A DNA stretch of 7,812 nucleotides, taken from IMG/VR virus record IMGVR_UViG_2681813227_000024; one strand, given 5' to 3'. Below the pieces are notes generated by a model. The model did no database searches. It worked only from the letters and a program-made list of their open reading frames with translations, and was not told the DNA's origin. The position numbers were made by a program, and so were the translations under genes. This DNA is from a virus. Lineage: Duplodnaviria > Heunggongvirae > Uroviricota > Caudoviricetes. Positions 1-6,576 of this stretch are shown here, piece by piece (the first letter of the stretch is position 1; the number at the start of each line of letters is the position of its first letter).

Positions 1-135
1 ATGGTGCATTACGAAGTAGTTCAGTATTTGATGGATTGTTGCGGTATCACTTACAGCCAAGCTGTACAGGCTCTACGCAGCAACGACTGGGATCTCTGGC
101 AGGCAGAAGCCGCTATATGCAGCAACAAGATGTGA
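1..135 (+). CDS. ydaG: YdaG-like small Rac prophage protein (44 aa), function unknown
   Basis: ATG at 1, TGA at 133-135. Translates to MVHYEVVQYLMDCCGITYSQAVQALRSNDWDLWQAEAAICSNKM, which matches my memory of 44-aa K-12 YdaG in length and sequence pattern. Too short for the ORF track. The gene starts at the window edge, so an upstream in-frame start cannot be excluded. Confidence 0.6.
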   Translation: MVHYEVVQYLMDCCGITYSQAVQALRSNDWDLWQAEAAICSNKM

Positions 136-145
136 GATTCGCAAA

Positions 146-298
146 ATGCAAAAAATCGACCTCGGCAACAACGAATCCCTAGTGTGTGGCGTGTTCCCCA
201 ACCAGGATGGAACGTTCACCGCCATGACGTATACCAAAAGCAAAACATTTAAAACTGAAACAGGCGCACGTCGCTGGCTTGCCAAAAATACCAGCTAA
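146..298 (+). CDS. ydaF: YdaF-like small Rac prophage protein (50 aa), function unknown
   Basis: ATG 146-148 is the first start in an open frame ending TAA 296-298. Translates to MQKIDLGNNESLVCGVFPNQDGTFTAMTYTKSKTFKTETGARRWLAKNTS. It lies 10 nt after the ydaG stop in the same orientation, consistent with the ydaG-ydaF pair of Rac. No strong Shine-Dalgarno is seen. Not in the ORF track (<60 aa). Confidence 0.55.
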   Translation: MQKIDLGNNESLVCGVFPNQDGTFTAMTYTKSKTFKTETGARRWLAKNTS

Positions 299-496
299 TC
301 CATTTATTGGATTAATTCAATATTCTCGCTGTAGAGGTATAGCCGAGGCCACCAAAGCCCGGAGGTGGTGAAATAAAACCGGGCATAACACGAAGGCGCA
401 TTTCCGGTATCCATAAAGAGTCGGTCTTGTCTGTCAAATTTAAATGGTGGGAGTGCGCCTCCGGTTGTGAATAACAACACTGCTGTGTGTAGTCTT

Positions 497-543
497 GGCG
501 GCATCAGTTTTTTCTTGAAGTTCGACTGATGTCCGCCCTTTTT
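497..543 (+). terminator. Terminator-like hairpin: ~11-bp GC-rich stem with 1-nt bulge, 18-nt loop, then C + T5
   Basis: 5' arm ggcggcatcag (497-507) pairs with ctgatgtccgcc (526-537), with t532 bulged. It is followed by c + ttttt (538-543). The loop is long, so the efficiency is uncertain. The ATG of a 26-codon ORF (529-609) lies inside the 3' arm. Confidence 0.3.
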
Positions 544-715
544 AAAGTGAAAACACCTGGAGGCACCAGGCACCGCATCAACAAAGTTCACTTCGGTGAT
601 GAAAGGTGAGAGAAAATGTTGAATGTAGCTATTGAAAACCAGAACGGGTGGAATTATAGTGCACCTGCACCTTATAAAACGGGTGCCGGGCGTGGAAACC
701 CGATGATGATTACCG

Positions 716-748
716 CGCATAACCGCGCTCAGGCGGTTTTTTTATGCG
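716..748 (+). terminator. Intrinsic-terminator-like palindrome: GC stem + T7 tract, nested inside a longer 7-bp outer complement
   Basis: ccgc (723-726) pairs with gcgg (733-736) around loop gctcag; with the flanking aa/tt this gives a 6-bp stem followed by ttttttt (737-743). The outer arms cgcataa (716-722) and ttatgcg (742-748) are perfectly complementary. A U-tract follows the stem only on the + strand. It lies inside the 5' part of track ORF 616..1464. Confidence 0.4.
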
Positions 749-912
749 TAATGCACAGCCACATTCAGATTATGGTGGGGCGTGCAGGGCAGCCGCAAAG
801 CTGGCCGGTTTCGGTAGTCGCCGGTATTTCCACCCCTGTACGTCTCACCACCCTTATGGTCGTGGAAAACCTTGGTGGTGAGTTATTTAAACTGACTATC
901 GAGGCTGTCATT

Positions 913-1464
913 ATGACTACTATCCCTACCCTTTCTCACCCTGACGTAACCATCGAAAACGGTCGCGCTGTAACTACATCCATTGCGATCGCAGAGTTTT
1001 TTGGCAAGCAACATCATCATGTTGTCCAAAAAATAGAATCCCTCGAATGCTCTGAATATTTTTTAACCAGCAACTTTTCGCGGGTTAAATTCGAACATCG
1101 CGGCAATTCCTATAATGCCTACCAGATCACCAAAAACGGCTTCGTTTTCCTGGTGATGGGCTTCACTGGCAAAAAAGCCGCTGCATTCAAAGAGGCCTAC
1201 ATCGCTGAGTTCGACCGCATGGAAGCAGAACTACGCCAGAATAATACCACTCCCACAAACAAAATCATTCCGGGCGATGGGCGCACTCTGGTTGTTCGCT
1301 TCGACAAATTCGGCAACGTCGAATTCACTGAAACCGTTCCTGATGACGCTCTCGTCTGTACCCTAGACACTTTCCGCCTTTATCTGGAGAAACAGGGCTG
1401 GACTCTTGTAAACCGAAGCGCAATTAAAAACATGACCGTCGAGCAGTTGTTGAGTATTAAATAG
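913..1464 (+). CDS. Phage regulatory protein, Rha family (Phage_pRha-type N-terminal domain); start uncertain (alternative ATG at 616 gives 282 aa)
   Basis: The segment GRAVTTSIAIAEFFGKQHHHVVQKIESL...YQITKNGFVFLVMGFTGKKAAAFKEAYIAEFDRMEAELRQ fits the conserved pRha pattern (VTTS..IAE.FGK.H..V...I..L ... G...L.MGFTGK.A..FK..YI..F..ME). That domain is normally N-terminal, which favours ATG 913 (GAGG 901-904, 8-nt spacer), giving 183 aa. However, the frame is open back to ATG 616 (AGGTGA 604-609) with coding-like composition, so 616..1464 cannot be excluded. Confidence 0.6.
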   Translation: MTTIPTLSHPDVTIENGRAVTTSIAIAEFFGKQHHHVVQKIESLECSEYFLTSNFSRVKFEHRGNSYNAYQITKNGFVFLVMGFTGKKAAAFKEAYIAEFDRMEAELRQNNTTPTNKIIPGDGRTLVVRFDKFGNVEFTETVPDDALVCTLDTFRLYLEKQGWTLVNRSAIKNMTVEQLLSIK

Positions 1465-1510
1465 TTTTCTGGAATTTTCTTAATACGACAAATTTATTAA
1501 GGAGATAATT

Positions 1511-1732
1511 ATGATTGCTCATCACTTCGGAACCGATGAAATACCACGCCAGTGCGTGACTCCTGGCGATTATGTTCTTCATGAAGGCCGGACATATATT
1601 GCCTCGGCAAACAATATTAAAAAGCGAAAACTTTATATTCGTAGCCTAACTACAAAAACATGCATTACTGACTGCATGATTAAAGTCTTCCTCGGTCGTG
1701 ATGGTTTACCTGTAAAGGCGGAGTCATGGTGA
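1511..1732 (+). CDS. kilR: KilR, Rac prophage killing protein (cell-division inhibitor), 73 aa
   Basis: Track ORF translation [73 protein letters not shown] matches K-12 KilR as I recall it, in sequence and length. Strong Shine-Dalgarno AAGGAG at 1498-1503. Confidence 0.9.
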   Translation: MIAHHFGTDEIPRQCVTPGDYVLHEGRTYIASANNIKKRKLYIRSLTTKTCITDCMIKVFLGRDGLPVKAESW

Positions 1733-1902
1733 CGACTAAGAAAATAAAATGTGCTTACCACCTTTGCAAAAAAGACGTTGAAGAAAGCAAAACTATAGAA
1801 AGAATGCTTCACTTCATGCACGGGACTTTATCAAAAGACGAACCGAGAAAATATTGCAGTGAAGCTTGTGCCGAAAAAGACCAGATGGCACACGAACTTT
1901 AA
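1726..1902 (+). CDS. ydaE: YdaE-like small Cys-rich (putative zinc-binding) Rac prophage protein, 58 aa
   Basis: ATG 1726-1728 (or GTG 1729) to TAA 1900-1902 gives [58 protein letters not shown], with Cys pairs C-x4-C and C-x3-C. The start overlaps the kilR stop (ATGGTGA), suggesting translational coupling. Sits between kilR and racC as in K-12. Not in the ORF track (<60 aa). Confidence 0.75.
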   Translation: MVTTKKIKCAYHLCKKDVEESKTIERMLHFMHGTLSKDEPRKYCSEACAEKDQMAHEL

Positions 1903-1976
1903 TTAATTGACTATTCGAAACTGAATTTATGCCAGAAATGGCAGGGATTCGCTCAACCTTAATTCAGGAGAAAAAC

Positions 1977-2252
1977 ATGATTACCAATTATGAAACCACT
2001 GTTGTAACTACCGATGACATTGTTCACGAGGTGAATCTGGAAGGAAAGCGCATTGGCTACGTAATTAAAACAAAAAATAAAGAAACCCCATTCACTGTGG
2101 TTGATATCGATGGTCCATCAGGCAACGTAAAAACACTTGATGAAGGTGTCACAAAAATGTGCCTGGTTCACATCGGAAAGAATCTGCCCGCAGAAAAAAA
2201 AGCCGGATTTCTGGCAACTCTGATTGCAATGAAATTAAACGGTGAAATCTGA
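1977..2252 (+). CDS. racC: RacC, Rac prophage protein of unknown function, 91 aa
   Basis: The internal ATG at 1977 gives MITNYETTVVTTDDIVHEVNLEGKRIGYVIKTKNKETPFTVVDIDGPSGNVKTLDEGVTKMCLVHIGKNLPAEKKAGFLATLIAMKLNGEI, matching the length and sequence I recall for K-12 RacC. Shine-Dalgarno AGGAG lies just upstream. The track start at 1929 adds 16 unconserved residues and is probably an over-extension. Confidence 0.8.
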   Translation: MITNYETTVVTTDDIVHEVNLEGKRIGYVIKTKNKETPFTVVDIDGPSGNVKTLDEGVTKMCLVHIGKNLPAEKKAGFLATLIAMKLNGEI

Positions 2253-2257
2253 AAGAA

Positions 2258-2282
2258 ATAGCCTGCGTATGGCGCAGGCTAT
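2258..2282 (+). other. Perfect 10-bp stem / 5-nt loop hairpin in the racC-recE intergenic region (no U-tract)
   Basis: atagcctgcg (2258-2267) + loop tatgg + cgcaggctat (2273-2282) is an exact inverted repeat, starting 6 nt after the racC stop. No T-run follows, so it is not a canonical intrinsic terminator. Confidence 0.5.
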
Positions 2283-2353
2283 GAACAGTGTGTATCCGGC
2301 AAGATCATTCACTGAACAAAACGAATTTTAATCTGAGTTGAGGTTAAAAAACA

Positions 2354-5026
2354 ATGAGCACAAAACCACTCTTCCTTTTACGGAAAGCGAAAAAATCATC
2401 CGGTGAGCCTGACGTCGTCCTGTGGGCAAGCGACGATTTTGAATCAACCTGTGCCACTCTGGACTACCTGATCGTTAAGTCAGGTAAAAAACTGAGCAAC
2501 TATTTTAAAGCTGTTGCCACGAATTTTCCTGTCGTTAATGACCTGCCCCCTGAAGGTGAGATCGATTTTACCTGGAGTGAACGCTATCAACTCAGCAAAG
2601 ACTCCATGACCTGGGAACTAAAACCGGGAGCAGCACCAGACGACGTTCACCACCAGGATAATGCTCAGGAAACCAAAGAACTGGCGGGAGGCCTGGAAGA
2701 AAACGCGCAGGCAGACGCCCACGGGGATTGCCAGGATTGCGAAGTCTCTGTAGCCACTTTGCGGTTCACACAGCGTCTTCTGCACATTTTTACGTATGCG
2801 GCCGGGGATCGGAAATACCTGCATCATGCCACCCGTAAACAACGCGAACACATTACCGCTCTTGAGATGGATCAGGAAAACAGCTATGTCCAGAATCTGC
2901 TGTTGGCCATACGCGGCATGGCAGAACCGACAACTCTGGATAATGCCGCCCTGCTCCGCCTGACTGATGCAATTAAGGCAGTTTTCTCTATCACGAAAAA
3001 ACATCAGCCCTATGAATTTAAGAATTTCATTTCAGCCTGGCTGGACACCGAACACATTGATCGCGGTCTTCTAACAAAAGAATGGCGAAAAGGGAATCGT
3101 GTTTCACGCATCACTCGCACAGATTCCGGTGCTAATGCAGGCGGCGGGAACCTTACCGATCGCGGCGAAGGTTTCGTTCATGATCAGGCGTCGCTGGCCC
3201 GCGACGTAGCCACTGGCATTCTGGCCCGTTCAATGGACGTGGACATCTATAACCTTCATCCGGCACACGCTAAACGCATTGAGGAAATTATCGCTGAAAA
3301 TAAACCGCCCTTTTCTGTTTTCCGCGACAAATTCATCACCATGCCTGGCGGGCTGGATTATTCCCGCGCCATCGTGGTTGCGTCCGTGAAAGAAGCACCA
3401 ATTGGGATCGAGGTCATCCCCGCGCACGTCACTGAATATCTGAACAAAGTACTGACTGAAACTGATCATGCCAACCCTGATCCGGAAATCGTGGATATTG
3501 CCTGCGGTCGTTCCTCTGCCCCGATGCCGCAGCGTGTAACAGAAGAAGAAAAACAGGATGATGAAGAAAAACCGCAACCATATTGCGCAATGGCAGATGA
3601 ACAGGCAACGGCTGAAACAGTGGAACCGGATGCAACTGAACATCATCAGGACACGCAGCCGCTGGATGCTCAGTCACAGGTAAATTCTGTTGATGAAAAA
3701 TATCAGAAACTGCGGGCAGAACTCCATGAAACACGGAAAAACATTCCGCCCAAAAATCCTGTCGATGCAGACAAATTACTGGCTGCTTCGCGTGGTGAGT
3801 TCGTTGAAGGGATTAGCGACCCGAACGATCCGAAATGGGTAAAGGGGATCCAGACTCGCGACTCTGTGTACCAGAACCAGCCAGAAACGGAACAAAACAC
3901 GCCAGAAACTGTAAAAACCAGCCCGGATGTGAAACAACCTGAACCAGTAGTGCAACAGAAACCGGAAATAGTCTGCAATGCCTGCGGTCAGACTGGCGGG
4001 GATAACTGCCCTGACTGTGGTGCGGTGATGGGCGACGCAACGTATCAGGAAACCTTTAATGAAGAAAATCTGGATGAATCTCAGGAAAAAGAGCCGGAGG
4101 AAATGGAAGGCCCTGAACATCCGCACAATGAGAATGCTGGCAGCGATCTGCATCGCGATTGCAGTGATGAAACTGGCGAAGTCGCAGATCCCGTAATCGC
4201 AGGAGACATAGAGCCTGGTATTTATTACGGAATTTCGAATGAGAATTACCACGCGGGTCCCGGTGTCAGTAAGTCTCAGCTCGACGACATTGCTGATACT
4301 CCGGCGCTGTATTTGTGGCGTAAAAATGCCCCTGTGGACACCACAAAGACAAAAACGCTCGATTTAGGAACCGCTTTCCACTGCCGTGTACTTGAACCGG
4401 AAGAATTCAGTAACCGCTTTATCGTAGCACCTGAATTTAACCGCCGTACAAACGCCGGAAAAGAAGAAGAGAAAGCGTTTCTGATGGAATGCGCAAGCAC
4501 AGGAAAAACGGTTATCACTGCCGAAGAAGGCCGGAAAATTGAACTCATGTATCAGAGCGTTATGGCTTTGCCGCTGGGTCAATGGCTTGTGGAAAGCGCC
4601 GGACACGCTGAATCATCAATTTACTGGGAAGATCCGGAAACAGGAATTTTGTGTCGGTGCCGTCCGGACAAAATTATTCCTGAATTTCACTGGATCATGG
4701 ACGTGAAAACCACAGCGGATATTCAACGATTCAAAACGGCTTATTACGACTACCGCTATCACGTTCAGGATGCATTCTACAGTGACGGTTATGAAGCACA
4801 GTTTGGTGTGCTGCCAACTTTCGTTTTTCTGGTTGCCAGCACAACTGTTGAATGCGGACGTTACCCGATTGAGATTTTCATGATGGGCGAAGAAGCAAAA
4901 CTGGCAGGCCAGCAGGAATATCACCGCAATCTGAGGACCCTGGCTGACTGCCTCAATACCGATGAATGGCCAGCTATTAAGACGTTATCACTGCCCCGCT
5001 GGGCTAAGGAATATGCAAATGACTAA
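2354..5026 (+). CDS. recE: RecE, exodeoxyribonuclease VIII (5'-3' dsDNA exonuclease of the RecET recombination system), 890 aa
   Basis: The N-terminus [26 protein letters not shown] and the C-terminal third ([24 protein letters not shown] ... [25 protein letters not shown] ... [13 protein letters not shown]) match RecE as I recall it, including a PD-(D/E)xK-type nuclease motif (RPD...MDVKT). The protein also carries a central acidic low-complexity region and a C-x2-C-x7-C-x2-C motif (nt 3974-4018). It sits directly upstream of recT with overlapping stop/start. Confidence 0.95.
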   Translation: MSTKPLFLLRKAKKSSGEPDVVLWASDDFESTCATLDYLIVKSGKKLSNYFKAVATNFPVVNDLPPEGEIDFTWSERYQLSKDSMTWELKPGAAPDDVHHQDNAQETKELAGGLEENAQADAHGDCQDCEVSVATLRFTQRLLHIFTYAAGDRKYLHHATRKQREHITALEMDQENSYVQNLLLAIRGMAEPTTLDNAALLRLTDAIKAVFSITKKHQPYEFKNFISAWLDTEHIDRGLLTKEWRKGNRVSRITRTDSGANAGGGNLTDRGEGFVHDQASLARDVATGILARSMDVDIYNLHPAHAKRIEEIIAENKPPFSVFRDKFITMPGGLDYSRAIVVASVKEAPIGIEVIPAHVTEYLNKVLTETDHANPDPEIVDIACGRSSAPMPQRVTEEEKQDDEEKPQPYCAMADEQATAETVEPDATEHHQDTQPLDAQSQVNSVDEKYQKLRAELHETRKNIPPKNPVDADKLLAASRGEFVEGISDPNDPKWVKGIQTRDSVYQNQPETEQNTPETVKTSPDVKQPEPVVQQKPEIVCNACGQTGGDNCPDCGAVMGDATYQETFNEENLDESQEKEPEEMEGPEHPHNENAGSDLHRDCSDETGEVADPVIAGDIEPGIYYGISNENYHAGPGVSKSQLDDIADTPALYLWRKNAPVDTTKTKTLDLGTAFHCRVLEPEEFSNRFIVAPEFNRRTNAGKEEEKAFLMECASTGKTVITAEEGRKIELMYQSVMALPLGQWLVESAGHAESSIYWEDPETGILCRCRPDKIIPEFHWIMDVKTTADIQRFKTAYYDYRYHVQDAFYSDGYEAQFGVLPTFVFLVASTTVECGRYPIEIFMMGEEAKLAGQQEYHRNLRTLADCLNTDEWPAIKTLSLPRWAKEYAND

Positions 5027-5828
5027 GCAACCACCAATCGCAAAAGCCGATCTGCAAAAAACTCAGGGAAACCGTGCACCAGCAGCAGTTAAAAATAACG
5101 ACGTGATTAGTTTTATTAACCAGCCATCAATGAAAGAGCAACTGGCAGCAGCTCTTCCACGCCATATGACGGCTGAACGTATGATCCGTATCGCCACCAC
5201 AGAAATTCGTAACGTTCCAGCGTTAGGAAACTGTGACACTATGAGTTTTGTCAGTGCAATCGTACAGTGTTCACAGCTCGGCCTTGAGCCAGGTAGCGCC
5301 CTTGGCCACGCATATTTACTGCCTTTTGGTAATAAAAACGAAAAGAGCGGTAAAAAGAACGTTCAGCTAATCATTGGCTATCGCGGCATGATTGATCTGG
5401 CTCGCCGTTCTGGTCAAATCGCCAGCCTGTCAGCCCGTGTTGTCCGTGAAGGTGACGAGTTTAGCTTCGAATTTGGCCTTGATGAAAAGTTAATACACCG
5501 CCCGGGAGAAAACGAAGATGCACCAGTGACCCACGTCTATGCTGTCGCAAGACTGAAAGACGGAGGGACTCAGTTTGAAGTTATGACGCGCAAACAGATT
5601 GAACTGGTGCGCAGCCAGAGTAAGGCAGGTAATAACGGGCCGTGGGTAACTCACTGGGAAGAAATGGCAAAAAAAACGGCTATTCGTCGCCTGTTTAAAT
5701 ACCTGCCTGTCTCAATTGAAATCCAGCGTGCAGTATCAATGGATGAAAAGGAACCACTGACAATCGATCCGGCAGACTCCTCTGTATTAACCGGGGAATA
5801 CAGTGTAATCGATAATTCAGAAGAATAA
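5019..5828 (+). CDS. recT: RecT, single-strand annealing protein (RecT/Redbeta family), 269 aa
   Basis: ATG 5019 gives [64 protein letters not shown]... ending ...[14 protein letters not shown], 269 aa, matching K-12 RecT as I recall it. The start overlaps the recE stop (ATGACTAA) and follows AAGGA at 5006-5010. The track start at 4962 is an over-extension lying inside recE. Confidence 0.93.
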   Translation: MTKQPPIAKADLQKTQGNRAPAAVKNNDVISFINQPSMKEQLAAALPRHMTAERMIRIATTEIRNVPALGNCDTMSFVSAIVQCSQLGLEPGSALGHAYLLPFGNKNEKSGKKNVQLIIGYRGMIDLARRSGQIASLSARVVREGDEFSFEFGLDEKLIHRPGENEDAPVTHVYAVARLKDGGTQFEVMTRKQIELVRSQSKAGNNGPWVTHWEEMAKKTAIRRLFKYLPVSIEIQRAVSMDEKEPLTIDPADSSVLTGEYSVIDNSEE

Positions 5829-5872
5829 TTCAGCCAAGCGGTGTAATGCACCGCCAACGTGAGATAGTTTTT

Positions 5873-6079
5873 ATGACAAAAACTTTGAGATATGACGATG
5901 TTAAACCATGTCCGTTTTGTGGTTGTCCATCAGTAACGGTGAAAGACATTTCATGATATTACCGGGCAAAATGCAACGGATGCGAATCCCGAACTGGCTA
6001 TGGTGGAAGTGAAAAAGAAGCGCTCGAAAGATGGGATAAACGAACCACTGAAAATATTAATGGAGGCGTTCATGTATAA
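5873..6079 (+). pseudogene. ralR: ralR (lar) restriction-alleviation / type I toxin gene interrupted by an in-frame TGA at 5954-5956
   Basis: ATG 5873 (the K-12-equivalent start is TTG 5885) reads MTKTLRYDDVKPCPFCGCPSVTVKDIS, then TGA, then continues in the same frame as YYRAKCNGCESRTGYGGSEKEALERWDKRTTENINGGVHV to TAA 6077-6079. The two halves together form a CPFCGC...CNGC zinc-ribbon-like motif and a 64-68 aa product like K-12 RalR as I recall it. The downstream half has no start codon of its own. Confidence 0.6.
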
Positions 6080-6260
6080 AATTACCGCTACAATTGAAAA
6101 GGAAGGTGGCACTCCTACTAACTGGACAAGATATTCAAAATCTAAACTAACGAAATCAGAATGCGAAAAAATGCTCTCAGGTAAAAAAGAAGCAGGCGTT
6201 TCCAGAGAGCAGAAAGTAAAACTGATAAATTTTAATTGCGAGAAACTTCAGTCCTCGTGA
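6072..6260 (+). CDS. ydaC: YdaC-like small Rac prophage protein (62 aa), function unknown
   Basis: ATG 6072 with GGAGG at 6062-6066 (5-nt spacer) gives MYKITATIEKEGGTPTNWTRYSKSKLTKSECEKMLSGKKEAGVSREQKVKLINFNCEKLQSS. It overlaps the ralR stop (ATGTATAA) and sits in the position of ydaC in K-12. The track start at 6000 lies inside ralR and lacks a Shine-Dalgarno. Identity with K-12 YdaC is not verified. Confidence 0.55.
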   Translation: MYKITATIEKEGGTPTNWTRYSKSKLTKSECEKMLSGKKEAGVSREQKVKLINFNCEKLQSS

Positions 6261-6292
6261 ATTGCATTGTATTCAAATTAAAACTTCATAGC

Positions 6293-6308
6293 TGATTATT
6301 AATAATCA
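6293..6308. promoter_or_regulatory. Perfect 16-bp AT-rich palindrome tgattattaataatca upstream of xis; candidate operator / protein-binding site overlapping -10-like hexamers
   Basis: The sequence is exactly self-complementary. It lies in the 99-bp ydaC-xis intergenic region, ~50 bp upstream of the xis start, and overlaps TATTAA/TAATAA -10-like hexamers. An imperfect 10-bp inverted repeat (caggcgtcaa 6313-6322 / ttggcgcctg 6336-6345) follows it. Confidence 0.35.
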
Positions 6309-6359
6309 ACATCAGGCGTCAATTTCAGTCTAACATTGGCGCCTGCCAGAGGTGATGCG

Positions 6360-6575
6360 ATGGCACAAGTAATCTTTAATGAAGAGTGGATGGTTGAATA
6401 CGGCCTGATGCTTCGCACTGGTCTGGGGGCCAGACAAATTGAAGCATACCGCCAGAACTGTTGGGTGGAGGGCTTCCACTTCAAACGAGTATCTCCTTTA
6501 GGTAAGCCAGACAGCAAACGAGGGATTATCTGGTACAACTATCCAAAGATAAATCAGTTTATCAAAGACTCATGA
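6360..6575 (+). CDS. xisR: Excisionase XisR (YdaQ), lambda-type Xis DNA-binding protein, 71 aa
   Basis: ATG 6360 with GAGGTGA at 6346-6352 gives [71 protein letters not shown], matching Rac XisR/YdaQ as I recall it. Its stop TGA 6573-6575 lies 1 nt before the int ATG. The track start at 6336 adds 8 residues with no Shine-Dalgarno. Confidence 0.85.
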   Translation: MAQVIFNEEWMVEYGLMLRTGLGARQIEAYRQNCWVEGFHFKRVSPLGKPDSKRGIIWYNYPKINQFIKDS

Positions 6576-6576
6576 T

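Noticed and set aside
73-285. Minus-strand ORF, 70 aa
   Set aside because: Antisense to the ydaG and ydaF coding sequences; no Shine-Dalgarno, not protein-like.
529-609. 26-codon + strand ORF (MSALFKVKTPGGTRHRINKVHFGDER) as a real small protein gene
   Set aside because: No convincing Shine-Dalgarno and the start codon is buried in a hairpin stem. Kept only as a possible leader peptide in the findings, not as a feature.
304-720. Minus-strand ORF, 138 aa, in roughly the position where K-12 Rac has sieB
   Set aside because: The translation (MRGNHHRVSTPGTRFIRCRC...WWPRLYLY...) is rich in Arg/Cys/His/Phe/Trp, has no membrane-protein character as expected for SieB, and no recognisable motif. Its start codon sits inside the + strand terminator-like palindrome. 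Most likely a chance open frame; some residual uncertainty because the + strand is non-coding over 304-615.
1633-1821. Minus-strand ORF, 62 aa
   Set aside because: Antisense to kilR and ydaE, which are strongly supported; composition not protein-like.
1929-1976. Upstream extension of racC in the ORF track (MPEMAGIRSTLIQEKN)
   Set aside because: The Shine-Dalgarno AGGAG precedes the ATG at 1977, and that start gives the expected 91-aa product.
2618-4924. Seven minus-strand ORFs (75-158 aa) nested inside recE
   Set aside because: All are antisense to a long, well-supported recE frame and have low-complexity, noncoding-like translations. Typical shadow ORFs.
4962-5018. Upstream extension of recT in the ORF track ([19 protein letters not shown])
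   Set aside because: It lies inside the recE coding region. ATG 5019 gives the canonical [10 protein letters not shown]-terminus and a 269-aa product with a Shine-Dalgarno.
5651-5857. Minus-strand ORF, 68 aa
   Set aside because: Antisense to the 3' end of recT; no support.
6000-6071. Upstream extension of the ydaC-like ORF in the track
   Set aside because: It overlaps the 3' half of ralR in another frame and lacks a Shine-Dalgarno, whereas ATG 6072 follows GGAGG.
6299-6538. Minus-strand ORF, 79 aa
   Set aside because: Antisense to xisR, which is supported by homology and a Shine-Dalgarno.
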